DNA of 63,777 nucleotides, counting the filler, from Octopus bimaculoides (taxonomy: Eukaryota): the NCBI RefSeq assembly GCF_001194135.2. It is 4 parts of 4 records of this genome, joined end to end, with 100 filler letters (N's around TTAATTAATTAA, not from the genome) between each part and the next. Parts side by side here need not be neighbours in the genome. Positions count along the whole stretch, not along the records: positions 14,382 to 28,840 come from NC_068998.1; positions 28,941 to 51,615 come from NC_069006.1; 2 more parts are not named here. One strand, given 5' to 3'. The notes beneath the pieces were generated by a model. It had not been told where the DNA came from, searched no databases, and worked only from the letters and a program-made list of their open reading frames with translations. Positions 25,801 to 38,674 of the stretch are shown in pieces. A program made the translations under genes and the position numbers. Positions within the stretch are counted from its first letter, which is position 1, and each line of letters opens with the position of its first letter.

Positions 25801-27659
25801 TAAGTAGAACAGTAAAAATGTGCAAGACTTTTCTTAGGTTTAAATTATGAATTAGTTTACATTACAAGGATAGAAATTTAAATGTGTTGGAAACCAGCCT
25901 CCATCACCGCAAGATTTCAGGTTAGTAAAGACAGAAGAGATCAAACATATATATATATACATAATTAAATTTCGAATTAATAACAACTCTAATAATGTGT
26001 CTGAAAAGATGTAGATATTCTACATATCGTCGAAGCGAGATTTGACTGTCATGTCGTGTCTGGACGCTTCCCGCTGATTTCCTGGAGAATTAAATCACAG
26101 GATATGGGAGTTCTTGGCGCCCAAAGAGACGATTCTCGCCTGCTACGGTCTTGTGTGGGCCTTTTATGCACTGGGCGTCAATATGAGAGGATCTCTCAAA
26201 TCTAATAACACAATATTAAGTGTTCAATCAAGACATCCATGTTAATTTGGATATAAAGATTAATTTTTGCTACCAATACTTATTTCGCTGCTAATAATTA
26301 AACATGCAACCAAATATACATACATGCATACATACATATGCATATAAACATACATTCATACATTCATACATACATACATACATATGTATATAAACATACA
26401 TTCATGAGCATGTCTAGCATGTCTACGCAACTATATGCATGAGAAAACATACATAAAAAAACATACAAATCTGCACATATACATATATACATGCACATAC
26501 ATACAAACATGCATACACACATCTCGTCTTACACTTCAACCTACTATAATTTATTATTAAAATGATCATTATATATTTTATAATTATGTTTCTAATTTGT
26601 AAACGCTGATTGCCATGCCACAGGGTAATATGATAGGGTGTCATGTGATTGTAATGTCTATTTGCATATTTGTTAAAACCGTCCTCTGACAGTTAACACT
26701 TCAAACGCGAAAAGCGGATAATATCTTTTAACTGTGAAAAGCGGTCTTACCCCAATGGCTTCGAAAAAAGCGGAAACACCCGCCATAACACTTTTTACAA
26801 AAGACATTTTTTTTATGTTTTCTTAATTTTCCTCATATTTCATCAAATAACTTTTTTATAGTACAAGAACTTGTAGTGTTGGATATGAAAACCGTTCGTA
26901 CGGGAAATAATAAGAAAACATATTACAGACGCAGAAAATATCAATTCTAATTTTTGGTAGATAATTGACGTAATTACGGAAACGGCCATGAAATTTAATT
27001 ACGTGGTTAAAGTATTAATAGATAATGTTTTTAAATATAACTTTGTACTTTTATCGAAAATTACAGCTGAGGGGGAAAACATTTTCTGCGTTTGTATCTT
27101 TATGAGAAAATGTCTGCAATAATATAGGAAGGTCATTTTAACAGTACATTGTTATTTTAAAGATCTTTTGATCATGGTCAGGTATTTCAGGGTTCCGTTT
27201 GCGAAATATCTCAATGATGTTTCAACAAATAACGACGCACATATAGACAAGCTGAGATTAATTCGGTTTCTTCTACTTGTTTCAGTCACTGGATTGCGGC
27301 CATGCTGGGGCACCACCGTGGATGGTTTAAATTAAACAAATCCACCCCAGTATTTATTTTTTAAAGTTAAATACTTATCCTATCGGTCTCTTTTCGGGGA
27401 CGTGAACAAACCAGCTCCGGTTGTCAAGCAGTGGACACAGCAACTTCAAAATTTCAGACTGTTTACCTTCATCAGACATTCCGATGAAAGCTAAAAGGTC
27501 GAAACTTCGAAGTTACTGTCGCCACATTTCTTGCAAATGTATAATACACAAACACATGTATACTTATATACACACATATAATATACATATTTATTTATAC
27601 GTCCCAAAACACACTTTCCCTACATCTTTCTACTTCTGATCACTTCAGCAATGTAACTG

Positions 27660-27963
27660 CACGTGTGCCACTGGCGAGTATTTCTCCATCTTTGGACTTT
27701 TCCCTTTCTCTTTTCCGACAAAGAGCTATGCACGAAACGTCAAACTCTCTCCTTTTATCGAACTAATACATTTCTTGTGCGCGTCCTCACGTTTCTGGGT
27801 TGTATTTTTTTTTCCGCATTTTTTTCATTTGAATTGATTATTTATTGCACGCTCACACGTTCTTCCGACTGATGTCGAGTGCCTGATTCATGGATTTCTT
27901 ACTCTACCCTTGGATTACGGTACCTTTTAATTCATTCGGAGTACGTCGTTTCTGCAATTTTGA

Positions 27964-27965
<2 letters not shown>
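27660..27965 (+). mobile_element. Pyrimidine-rich Penelope-type terminal repeat with a degenerate hammerhead-like motif
   Basis: CCGACAA-A-GAGC-TAT-GCAC-GAAAC-GTC-AAA at 27715-27744, related to the units at 61204 and 63481. Confidence 0.5.
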
Positions 27966-27995
<30 letters not shown>

Positions 27996-28520
27996 NNNNN
28001 NNNNNNNNNNNNNNNNNNNNNNNNNNNNNNNNNNNNNNNNNNNNNNNNNNNNNNNNNNNNNNNNNNNNNNNNNNNNNNNNNNNNNNNNNNNNNNNNNNNN
28101 NNNNNNNNNNNNNNNNNNNNNNNNNNNNNNNNNNNNNNNNNNNNNNNNNNNNNNNNNNNNNNNNNNNNNNNNNNNNNNNNNNNNNNNNNNNNNNNNNNNN
28201 NNNNNNNNNNNNNNNNNNNNNNNNNNNNNNNNNNNNNNNNNNNNNNNNNNNNNNNNNNNNNNNNNNNNNNNNNNNNNNNNNNNNNNNNNNNNNNNNNNNN
28301 NNNNNNNNNNNNNNNNNNNNNNNNNNNNNNNNNNNNNNNNNNNNNNNNNTATATACATGTCATGGTGAACCATTAATCCATACACATTTTTCTCCCTTAT
28401 TTTTTTTTCCGTTCTCTCTTCATTTTTTCCTTCTTAGTCCTTCCCATTTTTACAGAGCGTGAAACTAATACACCTGCTTGTTGCTCCCTCACCTGTCTTC
28501 GTCATTTTTCTGTAAATTCG

Positions 28521-28565
<45 letters not shown>

Positions 28566-28840
28566 TGTATATTTGTATGTATATGTATATATACATATAT
28601 AGAACATGTATGCACCTATTTATACATATGTCTATGTCTGTGTGTATGTATGTATGTATGTGTGAAGTCATATAAGGTGCGCTTACACTATTACCAACCA
28701 TCACGATTTACACTATACCAGCACTACCATCATCAACAACAACTCTAACATTAGTACCACTAACACTGCAACCGCTCCAACTCATCACCATTAAGTCTAC
28801 GTCCACTTCTCACACCACCACCACCACCACCACCACCACC

Positions 28841-28940
28841 NNNNNNNNNNNNNNNNNNNNNNNNNNNNNNNNNNNNNNNNNNNNTTAATTAATTAANNNN
28901 NNNNNNNNNNNNNNNNNNNNNNNNNNNNNNNNNNNNNNNN
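28841..28940. other. Synthetic scaffolding spacer (44 N + TTAATTAATTAA + 44 N)
   Basis: Identical to 14282-14381. Confidence 0.9.
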
Positions 28941-29608
28941 ACATCACTTGTAGCTCAGTCACTTTTGAAGAAATTCAAATATAAACGAACTCTTTCTCTT
29001 GCACAGCCATACATACAATGGGCTTCTTTCAGTTTCTGTCCACTATAGTCAAGCATTGGTTAGCCCAGGACAATAGACACTTGCCCAAGGTACTGTACTG
29101 CTAGACTGAACCCAAAATAGCATAATTGGGAAGTGAACTTCTGATTTACAGGTCATGTCTGTGCATTGTATTGCTCTCTCTTTCTCTCTCTCTCCCAAAC
29201 ACGATTCCAGGTTCAGTCCCACTGCATGGCACCTTAAGCAAATGTCTTCTGTGGTGTTATGAACCAGGCTGTGTTGTAGGGAAGGACCAGAAATGAGGGA
29301 GTAGGCATGTCCTGTCGGAAGGGCCGCGTTGGGCATGCAGAGTCAGCGGGGAGTTGGCGGCGGACAGCACATCAGAGGAGACATGTTAGACTGTACAGTG
29401 ACGGAGAGCGCACATGGACATTGAGTGAATCTTGCAGATTGAGACGGAGCATGAAGGTGTTGAAAGTGACCCTTTTTTCAGACCGACATGTAAGACTACA
29501 GCAATTCTCTCTTTGCATCCATCTTTTTCCTCCTTCACATCACATCTACCATAGCCTCAGGCTGACCAAAGCCTTGTCAGTGGATTTGGTAGACAGAAAG
29601 AAGCCTGT

Positions 29609-29639
<31 letters not shown>

Positions 29640-30199
29640 GTATGTATATATATATATGTGTGTGTGTGTGTATGTATGTATTTATATATTTACATAGGTG
29701 TGTCTTTGTGTTGGTCCCCCACCACTGCTTGACGACCAGTGTTGGTGTGTCTATGTCCTTATAACTTAGTGGTTCGGCAAAAGTGTCCAATAGAATAAGT
29801 ACCAGGCTTAACAAAGACATAAGTACTGGGATCAATTCATTTGACTAAAAAAAATTGTTCAGGGCAGTGCTCCAGCATGGCTGCAGATTACCAACTGAAA
29901 CAAGTAAATGATAAAAGATGTACCTGCATACATATCATCATCATCATCATTTGATGATGATGATGGCATGGGATGAACATGATAGCATGAGATGAGCAGT
30001 TTGACAAGTAGCCAATGAAACATGGATTGCTTTGTACCCCAGTGTCTGCTTTGGCATGGCTTCTATGGCCGGATGCCCTTTCTAATGCCAGCCCCTTTAC
30101 AATGTGTACTGGGTACTCGTTTTGTACCATTGGCACTATTCAGTCATCATGTAGCTCAGGGAAGGAGGATGTTGCTTCTGTATATTCTTTTTTACTCTA

Positions 30200-30600
30200 G
30201 GCACAAGGCCTGAAATTTTTGGGGGAGGGGGCCAGTCGATTAGATCGACCACAGTATGCAACTGGTACTTAATTTATCGACCCCGAAAGGATGAAAGGCA
30301 AAGTTGACCTTGGCGGAATTTGAACTCAGAACGTAAAGACAGACAAAATACCACTAAGCATTTCGCCCCGCGTGCTAACTTTTCTTATTTCTTTATTGCT
30401 CACAGAGGGCTACACATAGAGGGGACAACCAAGGACAGACAAAGGGATTAAGTCGCTTATATCAACCCAGTGCGTAACTGGTATTTATTTAATTGACCCC
30501 GAAAGGATGAAAGGCAAAGTCAACCTCGGCAGAATTTGAACTCAGAACGTAGCAGTAGACGAAATACTGCGAAGCATTTCACCCGGCATGCTCGCCCTTG
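30200..30600 (-). mobile_element. Two tandem family B SINE fragments
   Basis: CTGGTACTTAATTTATCGACCCCGAAAGGATGAAAGGCAAAG occurs at about 30262 and, with small changes, at about 30478. Confidence 0.8.
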
Positions 30601-31020
30601 CTTCTGTATGTTAAGTTATGAGGGAAGAGATTGGAGTAGAGCTGATTCGTATAGTGCAGGAGCTACATGGCTACTCACATTTAGGAGAGTGTGTAGGGAA
30701 AGATATAAGGATGTGGGAGGGAGGTTGGCGGCATTTGTAAGGACTGAGAGTTCACGAGTTGGGGAGGCTAAGAGATACTAACAGTTTGGTAGTAATGATA
30801 CCGTTGACAGGGCAAGAAGAGAGACAACCTAATTGGATATGTGTGTGCATGCGTGTACTCAAAATGTTTATTTATTCAATTGAAATTGGAAGAATTAAAC
30901 TGTAAACAATGTTTAAGGTGGCTGTTCTGAGAGGCATTTAAAGCCAATTATGTCTCCGAATAGCATAATTAGAATGGACTTTGACGCGACTAGCTTCCTG
31001 TGACAGCTGGGGTCTGTAAC

Positions 31021-31380
31021 CGCGGGGACGGGAAGCGCCCCGACGGAAGCAGATCCCCAATCTGAGACGCGACGTGCTGCGACACGTTCTCCGATTTCAA
31101 CCTTGCTGCATCAGCTACAAACCTGGATATCGCCACCCGTAACGCAGACGAGAGAAAGATCAACACATACAGGAACCTGACTGGTCGCGATCAGTTTGTG
31201 TCGGTCGCCATCGAGACCGCCTGTTCTCAGACCCCTACTCTGTTGATTTCCTCTGCAAAATCGGGATAATGAGCCCGTCCGAGAAATGAGCTCCGCGAGG
31301 TGGGTTGGGTGTTGCAGTGAGTGTCGCCGATTATTCTGCGCGGCAACGCCTTTGCAATTATGTTCGCGAGGTGCGGCTAA
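31021..31380 (+). mobile_element. CRE-clade non-LTR retrotransposon 3' relic (restriction-like endonuclease)
   Basis: Frame from 31021 reads RGDGKRPDGSRSPI*DATCCDTF...ADERKINTYRNL...FVSVAIET, then (shifted) LQ*VSPIILRGNAFAIM. DGKRPDG, W-D.TC.DT, E.RK..KY and RGNA are CRE-type motifs. Confidence 0.8.
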
Positions 31381-32109
31381 ACCCATCATTTCTTCTGGGG
31401 TGTACAACCCGTTACTCTCCTTCCCACCATCTGGTGCTTAATTCCCCCCTTTTTCTCTTTGTTTCCCTGGTGAGGTAGCTATCGGTTTTTTTTCCTCTCG
31501 ATAACTTAATCTTTTATACTTTTAATGTTTTTTCTTCTTTTCTTGCTGTAAACATATTTTTAATAACAGAATTCTGATTCGTTTTAAACCAACAATACCA
31601 TAGTTGTCTCCCTTGCATCGACTCAGTTTTGAGGCATTTTATAAGATACACGTTTAGCCCCTATACACACGTACACACAAAATCTCGTTTTCTTAATTCT
31701 AGATGCAAAATAGAAAATCAACCAATTAAAGTATATTTTCAGAAAGGAAAAATTAGTTAATATACAGGTGCAGGCATAAATGTGTGGTTAAGAAACTCGC
31801 TTTGCAACCATATGGTTTCAGGTTCAGTCCCACCGTGTGGCTTGGACGTTTTCTACTGTAGCCCTGGGCCAATGCCTTGTGAGTGAATTTAGTGGACGGA
31901 AAGTGTGTAGAAGTCCATCGCGCGCGCGCGCTTTCTTTTCTTTGTTTTTCATATTATTTTCTTCGTTTTCATTAATGTTATTATTTTCTCGAGTGGTTAG
32001 CTGACAGAATTTGTTTAGAACACAGGAAAAGATGCCTTGTGGTATTTGATCCAGTTCTTTACATTATGAGTTCAAATCCTGTCATGATCGAACTTTACCT
32101 TTTATCCTT

Positions 32110-32637
32110 TAAGGGTCAACTGGTTTCGGACCTAGTTGCTCTACTCCTGCTTCTCACCCGATCCAACTCTCCCACAACCAACCTCACCCAACCACATGTC
32201 ATCTCTTTTCCCTCTTTCATTACTATTCTACTCCGACCTCACCTTTTTTTCCGAGCTGTCGGTCATTTCCTACTCTCCCTTACACCCCTAACTCATGCAT
32301 CGTTGGTCATCCTCCACCCTTTGTCAACCATTCACTACATCCACCCTTCAACCCAATCCAATCTTTACAGTTGTCACCTACTTCTTCCTCATTTCACTGA
32401 TTCCCCATCTTTCACCCCTACCCCATACACTCTTGCAACCTCCACCCACTCACTCCGTCCCCACTCACTTCTACTCATCTCATACTTTGAAGGTCCACGC
32501 AGACACCTCAGAACTATTCTCATCCCCGTCCAGCTCCTCCTAACCTTTCCCACCATCGCTTTTAAAGTGTGAGTAGTCGTGTAGTTCCTACAGCAAGAAA
32601 TCTACTCTTTTCATAGTTTAGACCCTCATCCCCTAGA
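32110..32637 (+). repeat. Unclassified C-rich interspersed repeat; related copy on the opposite strand at about 30600-30790
   Basis: GTGTGAGTAGTCGTGTAGTTCCT here versus RC ATGTGAGTAGCCATGTAGCTCCT near 30665. Confidence 0.4.
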
Positions 32638-33202
32638 NNNNNNNNNNNNNNNNNNNNNNNNNNNNNNNNNNNNNNNNNNNNNNNNNNNNNNNNNNNNNNN
32701 NNNNNNNNNNNNNNNNNNNNNNNNNNNNNNNNNNNNNNNNNNNNNNNNNNNNNNNNNNNNNNNNNNNNNNNNNNNNNNNNNNNNNNNNNNNNNNNNNNNN
32801 NNNNNNNNNNNNNNNNNNNNNNNNNNNNNNNNNNNNNNNNNNNNNNNNNNNNNNNNNNNNNNNNNNNNNNNNNNNNNNNNNNNNNNNNNNNNNNNNNNNN
32901 NNNNNNNNNNNNNNNNNNNNNNNNNNNNNNNNNNNNNNNNNNNNNNNNNNNNNNNNNNNNNNNNNNNNNNNNNNNNNNNNNNNNNNNNNNNNNNNNNNNN
33001 NNNNNNNNNNNNNNNNNNNNNNNNNNNNNNNNNNNNNNNNNNNNNNNNNNNNNNNNNNNNNNNNNNNNNNNNNNNNNNNNNNNNNNNNNNNNNNNNNNNN
33101 NNNNNNNNNNNNNNNNNNNNNNNNNNNNNNNNNNNNNNNNNNNNNNNNNNNNNNNNNNNNNNNNNNNNNNNNNNNNNNNNNNNNNNNNNNNNNNNNNNNN
33201 NN

Positions 33203-33234
<32 letters not shown>

Positions 33235-33239
33235 CATGC

Positions 33240-34660
33240 ATATATGAACCGCACGAAAACAAAACATATGTAGTTGGAAGACGCAATGCAAGACCGAATA
33301 GAGGTGGAAAGCTATAAAATTGAAGAGGTAAAGGAGTACATCTACTTAGGGCAGAGAGTAAATACACACGGAAATACGGATACTGAAATCTCAAGGAGAA
33401 TAAAGACAGCATGGAAGGTGTTTACCTTGATAAAGGATGTCCTCAGAGCAAAGATATATAACATATGTGCCAGAATCTTCAACAGTACCATCCTACCGGC
33501 ACTCTTATATGAGGTGTTTAGTAACAGACCGTCGTAAGCACCACAACTTAAAACCCGAGAAAACCCGAGTCAAAATTTTGCGACTTTCAGAATGTGATAT
33601 TTCGGCAAGGAATTGAGTTAGGAAGCTGGTTACCTCCGCCAAGGAAGGAGGTTATGTTTTTCTGGTCTTAAAATGACCGCAAAGACCTCCTCTAATCATT
33701 CCACCTACGTTAAATTATTTATTTATGAAAGCATCTGAAAGATGAAACAATGACTGCATCTTTCTTATTTTGTAGAATATACTGATACTATGAAACGGTG
33801 TATAACATTGCATATTTTAGCCATAATACCTAGAAAAAAACATACAGAGACCCCTTCCCTCCAAAGGTGTTGTTTGTCTTTTAATATACCAAGGTAAGTA
33901 TCTTTAAGAGGTAAATAAGACAAGATAGTGAGATAATAGCCCATTATTGTTACGATGACAACGAGGAATATTAGAAAATGAGCCACAATACCCCGAAAAA
34001 CGATACAGGGACCACACCAAAGTTATTGATTGAGCATGTGTGCTTACGATAGTGGGTTACTAAATTCTCTGGTCCAAGATAGGATGAGCGAGCGTCGTGT
34101 CAATACCGTCGAGGTACAATTTTTTTTCAGCCAGATTTTCGACCTTATTGCAAGCCTCACGGGTTCTTCCTCCCAACTGTTTTTTGATTCTAGACGTCGA
34201 GACAAAGAAAATGATATACTAATTTCGAAAATGGCCAGGGTGGCGCTTACGACACTCTGTTACTAAATGCCTCATATGCAAGTGAGATGTGGGCTACTAT
34301 AAGGAGGATAGAATATTGATTAGCTATGATGCAAAGAGCCATGGAAGGATCCATGCTAGGAATATCATTATGAGAGCATATTTCAAATGAGATAATTCCA
34401 GAACAGAGAGCAGCTACAAAAGCACAAGTTCTGCTTGGTTGAACGTGTCGTGAGGTTCACAGACAACAGGTGGACCTGAGCAGTTGCTGAATGGTATCAA
34501 AAAGATCAGAAAATGCCACTCGGAAGACCCCCACAACGATGGAAGATGATTTAGTAAAGCGATTTGGGTCCAGATGGAAAAGAATGGTGTAATCAAGACA
34601 AAATTGGAAGCGTACTGTGACCAGCGGTGTACAATATCATCTGATGGTCTGGTTGATACC
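33240..34660 (+). mobile_element. RTE-clade LINE 3' relic interrupted by a DNA transposon
   Basis: EVKEYIYLGQ...EISRRIKTAW...ILPALLY at 33274-33510 resumes as ASEMWAT...QRAMEGSMLGISL...W.G.V.RF.DNRW...GRPPQRW at 34278-34600. Confidence 0.85.
33511..34273. mobile_element. 763-bp non-autonomous DNA transposon with GAG...CTC termini and 4-bp ATAT TSD; Sola-like
   Basis: Imperfect TIR of about 34 bp, GAGG(TG/CA)TTTAGTAACAGA..GTCGTAAGC.CCAC. TSD ATAT at 33507-33510 and 34274-34277. Excision restores the RTE frame. Confidence 0.8.
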
Positions 34661-35515
34661 GTGATACTGTGATGTGTGTGTGTGTGTGTATCATATATCT
34701 TTGTCTCGACATCGACTTAAACAGTACATTGACTGGTTACAAGTATGTTTTGACGGAAAATATAGACATATGACAGCCATATTCGTTTATAACTGGTGTG
34801 TGATGTGAAGACAAGGAGCTATGACAAAGAGAAATATACATCAATGTCATCTGACCCTGGTAAGCAAGGCAAAATGGCCGTTAGAATAGAACATGTATTT
34901 ATGTGTCTAGACACGCGTACGCGCGCGCACACACATGTTTACTGAAAGAAAGACAGAGAAAAGAAATAATGAAGCTTATGAGTTAGCGGCAATAATGTAG
35001 GTGAATGAGTGTAGGTAAAAAGAATGAGCATAACAGAAAGAATACAAAATGTAAGACAAGAAAGAAATGGTCTAATTCTTGAAGCAAAAACATTAAGAAT
35101 TACTGAAAGGATGCAGAAATAAACTCCTTCATTTTTGACGGTTACTACGCTGGTATGCTTGTATTAAAAGAATAAAAATGCCCAATGATGAATGTGTTCA
35201 AAGAACAAACGTATTCGGTATTCAATATTGTAAAGAAATTGATAGCTCCATAAATTTCCGAAGAAAGCATATAAAAAAAGGCAAATATTATGCGTAAAGA
35301 TAGATGAGAAGTATATAGGTGAACAAAATCAGACGAATATTCAATAAATCAGGAACTTATAAGATATCTACACCGGGGAAAACTACAAACAACACCGGTT
35401 TTACACAACAAACAGAAACTTCGTCGTGAAAATTGTTCTGTAAATAGAAATGTTGCAATATTTATAGAGATGAAGCTTAACTGTTTAATGTTTGTTGGTG
35501 ATTGATGATCGTGTG

Positions 35516-35626
35516 ATGAAGATGGCCAGCAACAAAGGCAAGAATTTAGCCAAACGACGGGGGAAAACCCGATTCTGGCTTCAAGATAGAAAATCTGTGA
35601 ATGATGTTGATGGTTGGGGAAAACAC
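35516..35626 (+). CDS. REV1: REV1 first coding exon (MK-MASNKGKNLAKRRGKTRFWLQDRKSVNDVDGWGKH)
   Basis: ATG AAG ATG at 35516/35522 after an in-frame TAA at 35486-35488. It ends at donor GTAAGA (35627), phase 0, and joins GGYMNAK to give DGWGKH-GGYMNAKKKKL, matching the REV1 N-terminal motif (human DGWETWGGYMAAKVQKL). Not in the ORF track. Confidence 0.8.
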
Positions 35627-36843
35627 GTAAGAATTATTATTATTATTAAAAGAAGTTATTATTATTTCTAAATTCTGCCAAGGTCGACTTTGTCTTTCTT
35701 TGTTGCAGTCAGTCAAGTACTGAGGTCGATGTAATTGACGAGTCCCCTGCCCCACAGTGTCAGGCTTTCTACCTATGTTCTGTCTCACATAAGTTTTAAA
35801 TAAACCGCAACATAATTGTTTAAAGGAGAGGGTCCTCTTATCTATTTTTTATATTACACTTCGAAAAATGTCTTCAGATTTTTTTTTTCATAAATTTGCT
35901 CATCAGAGATTCGGAATCTGTTCAAAATTTCTTTTTAAATTTTGTCTTTTAATTAAAAATTTATTAGCGTAGAGAAATTTACAGCTGTTTTCTGTCTTTT
36001 TTTTTTTTAATTATGTTTTCATTTACTAATGCGAAAACAACATATTCTCGGTTCATCACCACAAATTGAAGATGGAAATTATCGTAAACGATCAATATTT
36101 GAAGTTTTGCAATAAAAAATTAAAAAAAAAAGAAGTTTTTCGAAAATGTAAAAAGATATAAATTAAAGGCAAAGAAAACAAATTTGAAAAGTTTATTTAT
36201 ATTCGGACATAATCGTAATCTTCCTTGTTGAAAACAAGAATTTGAAGTACTTTTTTTTTACATTTTAATCCCTAAAACAAAACGAAAGTATCTTGGTGAC
36301 TTTCAGTAAATGAAATAGGACAGTACTGAATACACGTTGTACTATTTTGACAACTAGTACAACTGTTATAAGACACTCGCGTTCGTTATCCATGTAATTA
36401 ACGCACACACACACATATATATTCGCCATCATCATCATTTAAAATCCACTTTCCCATGCTTACAAGAGTCGGATGAAATTTGTGTAGGCAAATGTTCTAC
36501 GGCCTGAAGATGTCCTTCCTGTCGCCAGTCCATCCTCACCTATTTCCAAGTAAGGTAGTATTTTGCCATAGCTAGATATGTTTTTCATGGAAGACTGGGA
36601 GCAAACAATTTTGCTTGTATGACAATGATGTTTATTTACAACCATCCTGTAACGTCAAGACGAGTGGGTACACACAATATTTTTCTCAACTGTTTCTTGG
36701 AAACAGGTGAAGGTTGGCAACATGAAGAGCATCCAGTTGAAGAAAATCTACCTCAACAAATTCTGTTTATCTATGCTAACATGGAAAACTGTTAAATGAC
36801 TATGATGATCATATGTAATGTGTGCGTGTATCATCTGTTATAG

Positions 36844-36976
36844 GGTGGTTATATGAATGCCAAGAAGAAGAAATTGAAAGACCAATTCCAGTCCGGTGCC
36901 TTTAATGAGTTACAGAAGACAAGCCATTGTTCAGATATATTCAAAGATGTAACAATATACATTAATGGTTATACAA
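36844..36976 (+). CDS. REV1: REV1 exon, start of BRCT domain (GGYMNAKKKKLKDQF...IFKDVTIYINGYT)
   Basis: Acceptor TAG at 36841-36843 and donor GTAAGT at 36977 (phase 1). The GGYM.AK..KL..QF and IF.GV.IYVNGYT-type motifs of REV1 are present. Confidence 0.95.
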
Positions 36977-37530
36977 GTAAGTCTCCTGAATTTCTTTCTT
37001 ATATGCTTATTTTTTATTTTTTTAATGTGTGTTTTTTTTTTTTAGTTATTTCACTTCATTAATCTGAGAAAAAGGCAAATTATCCTTATTGTTGTTGTTG
37101 TTGTTTTCCCTTTTGATTGATGGGATACTGTAATCCTAGATGTAGTATGTCAGAAGGAAAGATGAGATAGTCATGGCTGGAACATTTCAATCATAGGTTT
37201 GCTGGATCAGGGCTGATCTGGGTTAAAAACAACAACAGGGATGATGTAGTCCTAAATACACGATGGATTGGTCATGACTGGAACATCTTTGAACATTGGT
37301 TTGTTTGATCAAAGCTAATCTAGGCTTAAGCAACACTTAAGATAATGTTATCCTAGATACACCATGTCTGAACAAAAGATGGGATGGGTGACAGCTGAAA
37401 CACTTTTACTCATAGGTCTGCTGGGGCTGGATTGACCTTGGGCTAAACAACAACAGCAAAGCATTGTATACAGACAAAAGTTGTGTAATTGTTACAAAGT
37501 GGTGACTGTTAATGTGTTTTGTATTGGCAG

Positions 37531-37699
37531 AACCAAGCAGTGATGAGCTCAAACGACTGATGATGATTCATGGAGGCCATTGGGAGATGTACCTGAGCAA
37601 GAAGAATGTTACGCACATAATTACAACCAATTTAGCTCAAAGCAAGATTGCAGCCCTCAGGAATTGCAAAGTTGTTCACCCTGACTGGATACTGAAGAG
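37531..37699 (+). CDS. REV1: REV1 exon, BRCT core (KPSSDELKRLMMIHGG...THIITTNL...VHPDWILK)
   Basis: Acceptor GGCAG at 37530 and donor GTAACC at 37700, phases 1/2. BRCT hallmarks GG, THII and the P.W motif are present. Confidence 0.97.
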
Positions 37700-38674
37700 G
37701 TAACCCTGCTATTTCTGTTTCAATTGTAACTGATTACTGGAACAGCTACAATCATCATCATAATTGTTTTAATGTTCACATTTCCATGTTTACATGGGTT
37801 GGACAGGGTTTATTGAGGCAGAATTACTATGTCCTTTCTGTCACCAGCCTTCACTTAAGCAAGGTTAGTATTTCCTCATGGCCAGGCATGTTTTTCATGG
37901 AAAACTGCTTGCATGGATGATACTCATTTATAACTTTCACGTGATGCCAAAATTATTATTATTATTATTATTATTTTTCTTAAGGTGGGGAGCTGGCAGA
38001 ATCAGTAGCACGCCGGGCGAAATGCTTAGCAGCATTTCATTCGCCTTTATGTTCTGAGTTCAAATTCCATCGAGGTTGACTTTGCCTTTCATCCTTTCAG
38101 GATCGATAAATAAAGCACCAGTGAAACACTTGAGTCGATTACATCGACTAGCCCCCTCCCCTAAAATTCCAGGCCTTGTGCCTTAGTGACAGAGACCTTT
38201 GGTGATATGCCATACTTGAGAAGACCCATCAAGTCAAGTGAAGTCGTAGTTGTGGCCAATGCGGGTATCATGTTACTGACACCCATGCCAGTGGCACGTA
38301 AAAAGTACCTTTCCAGCGTTGGGCCTCATGGAGGCAAGGTGGCTGATGTTGGTGGCATGTAAAAAGCATCTTTCGAGTATTGGGCCTTTGGCATTATGCC
38401 ATGCATGAGAAGAAGACTCATCAAGCCGAGTGAAATTGTAGTTGTGGCAGATACTGATGTCACACAAATGGCACCTGTGTTGGTGGCACGTAAATGCACC
38501 AGTTAGAGTGGTTGGTGTTAGGAGGGGCTTCCAACCATAGAAACCATGCCAAATCAGACTGGAGCCTGGTGCAGCCTTCCAGCTTACCAGCCCTGGTCAA
38601 ACCATCCAACCCATGCCAGCATGGACAACAGATATTAAATGATGATTGTTGTTGTTGTTGTTATTATTATTATT

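Noticed and set aside
32039-32572. 177-aa ORF
   Set aside because: It starts in a SINE fragment and runs through C-rich low-complexity repeat with no motif.
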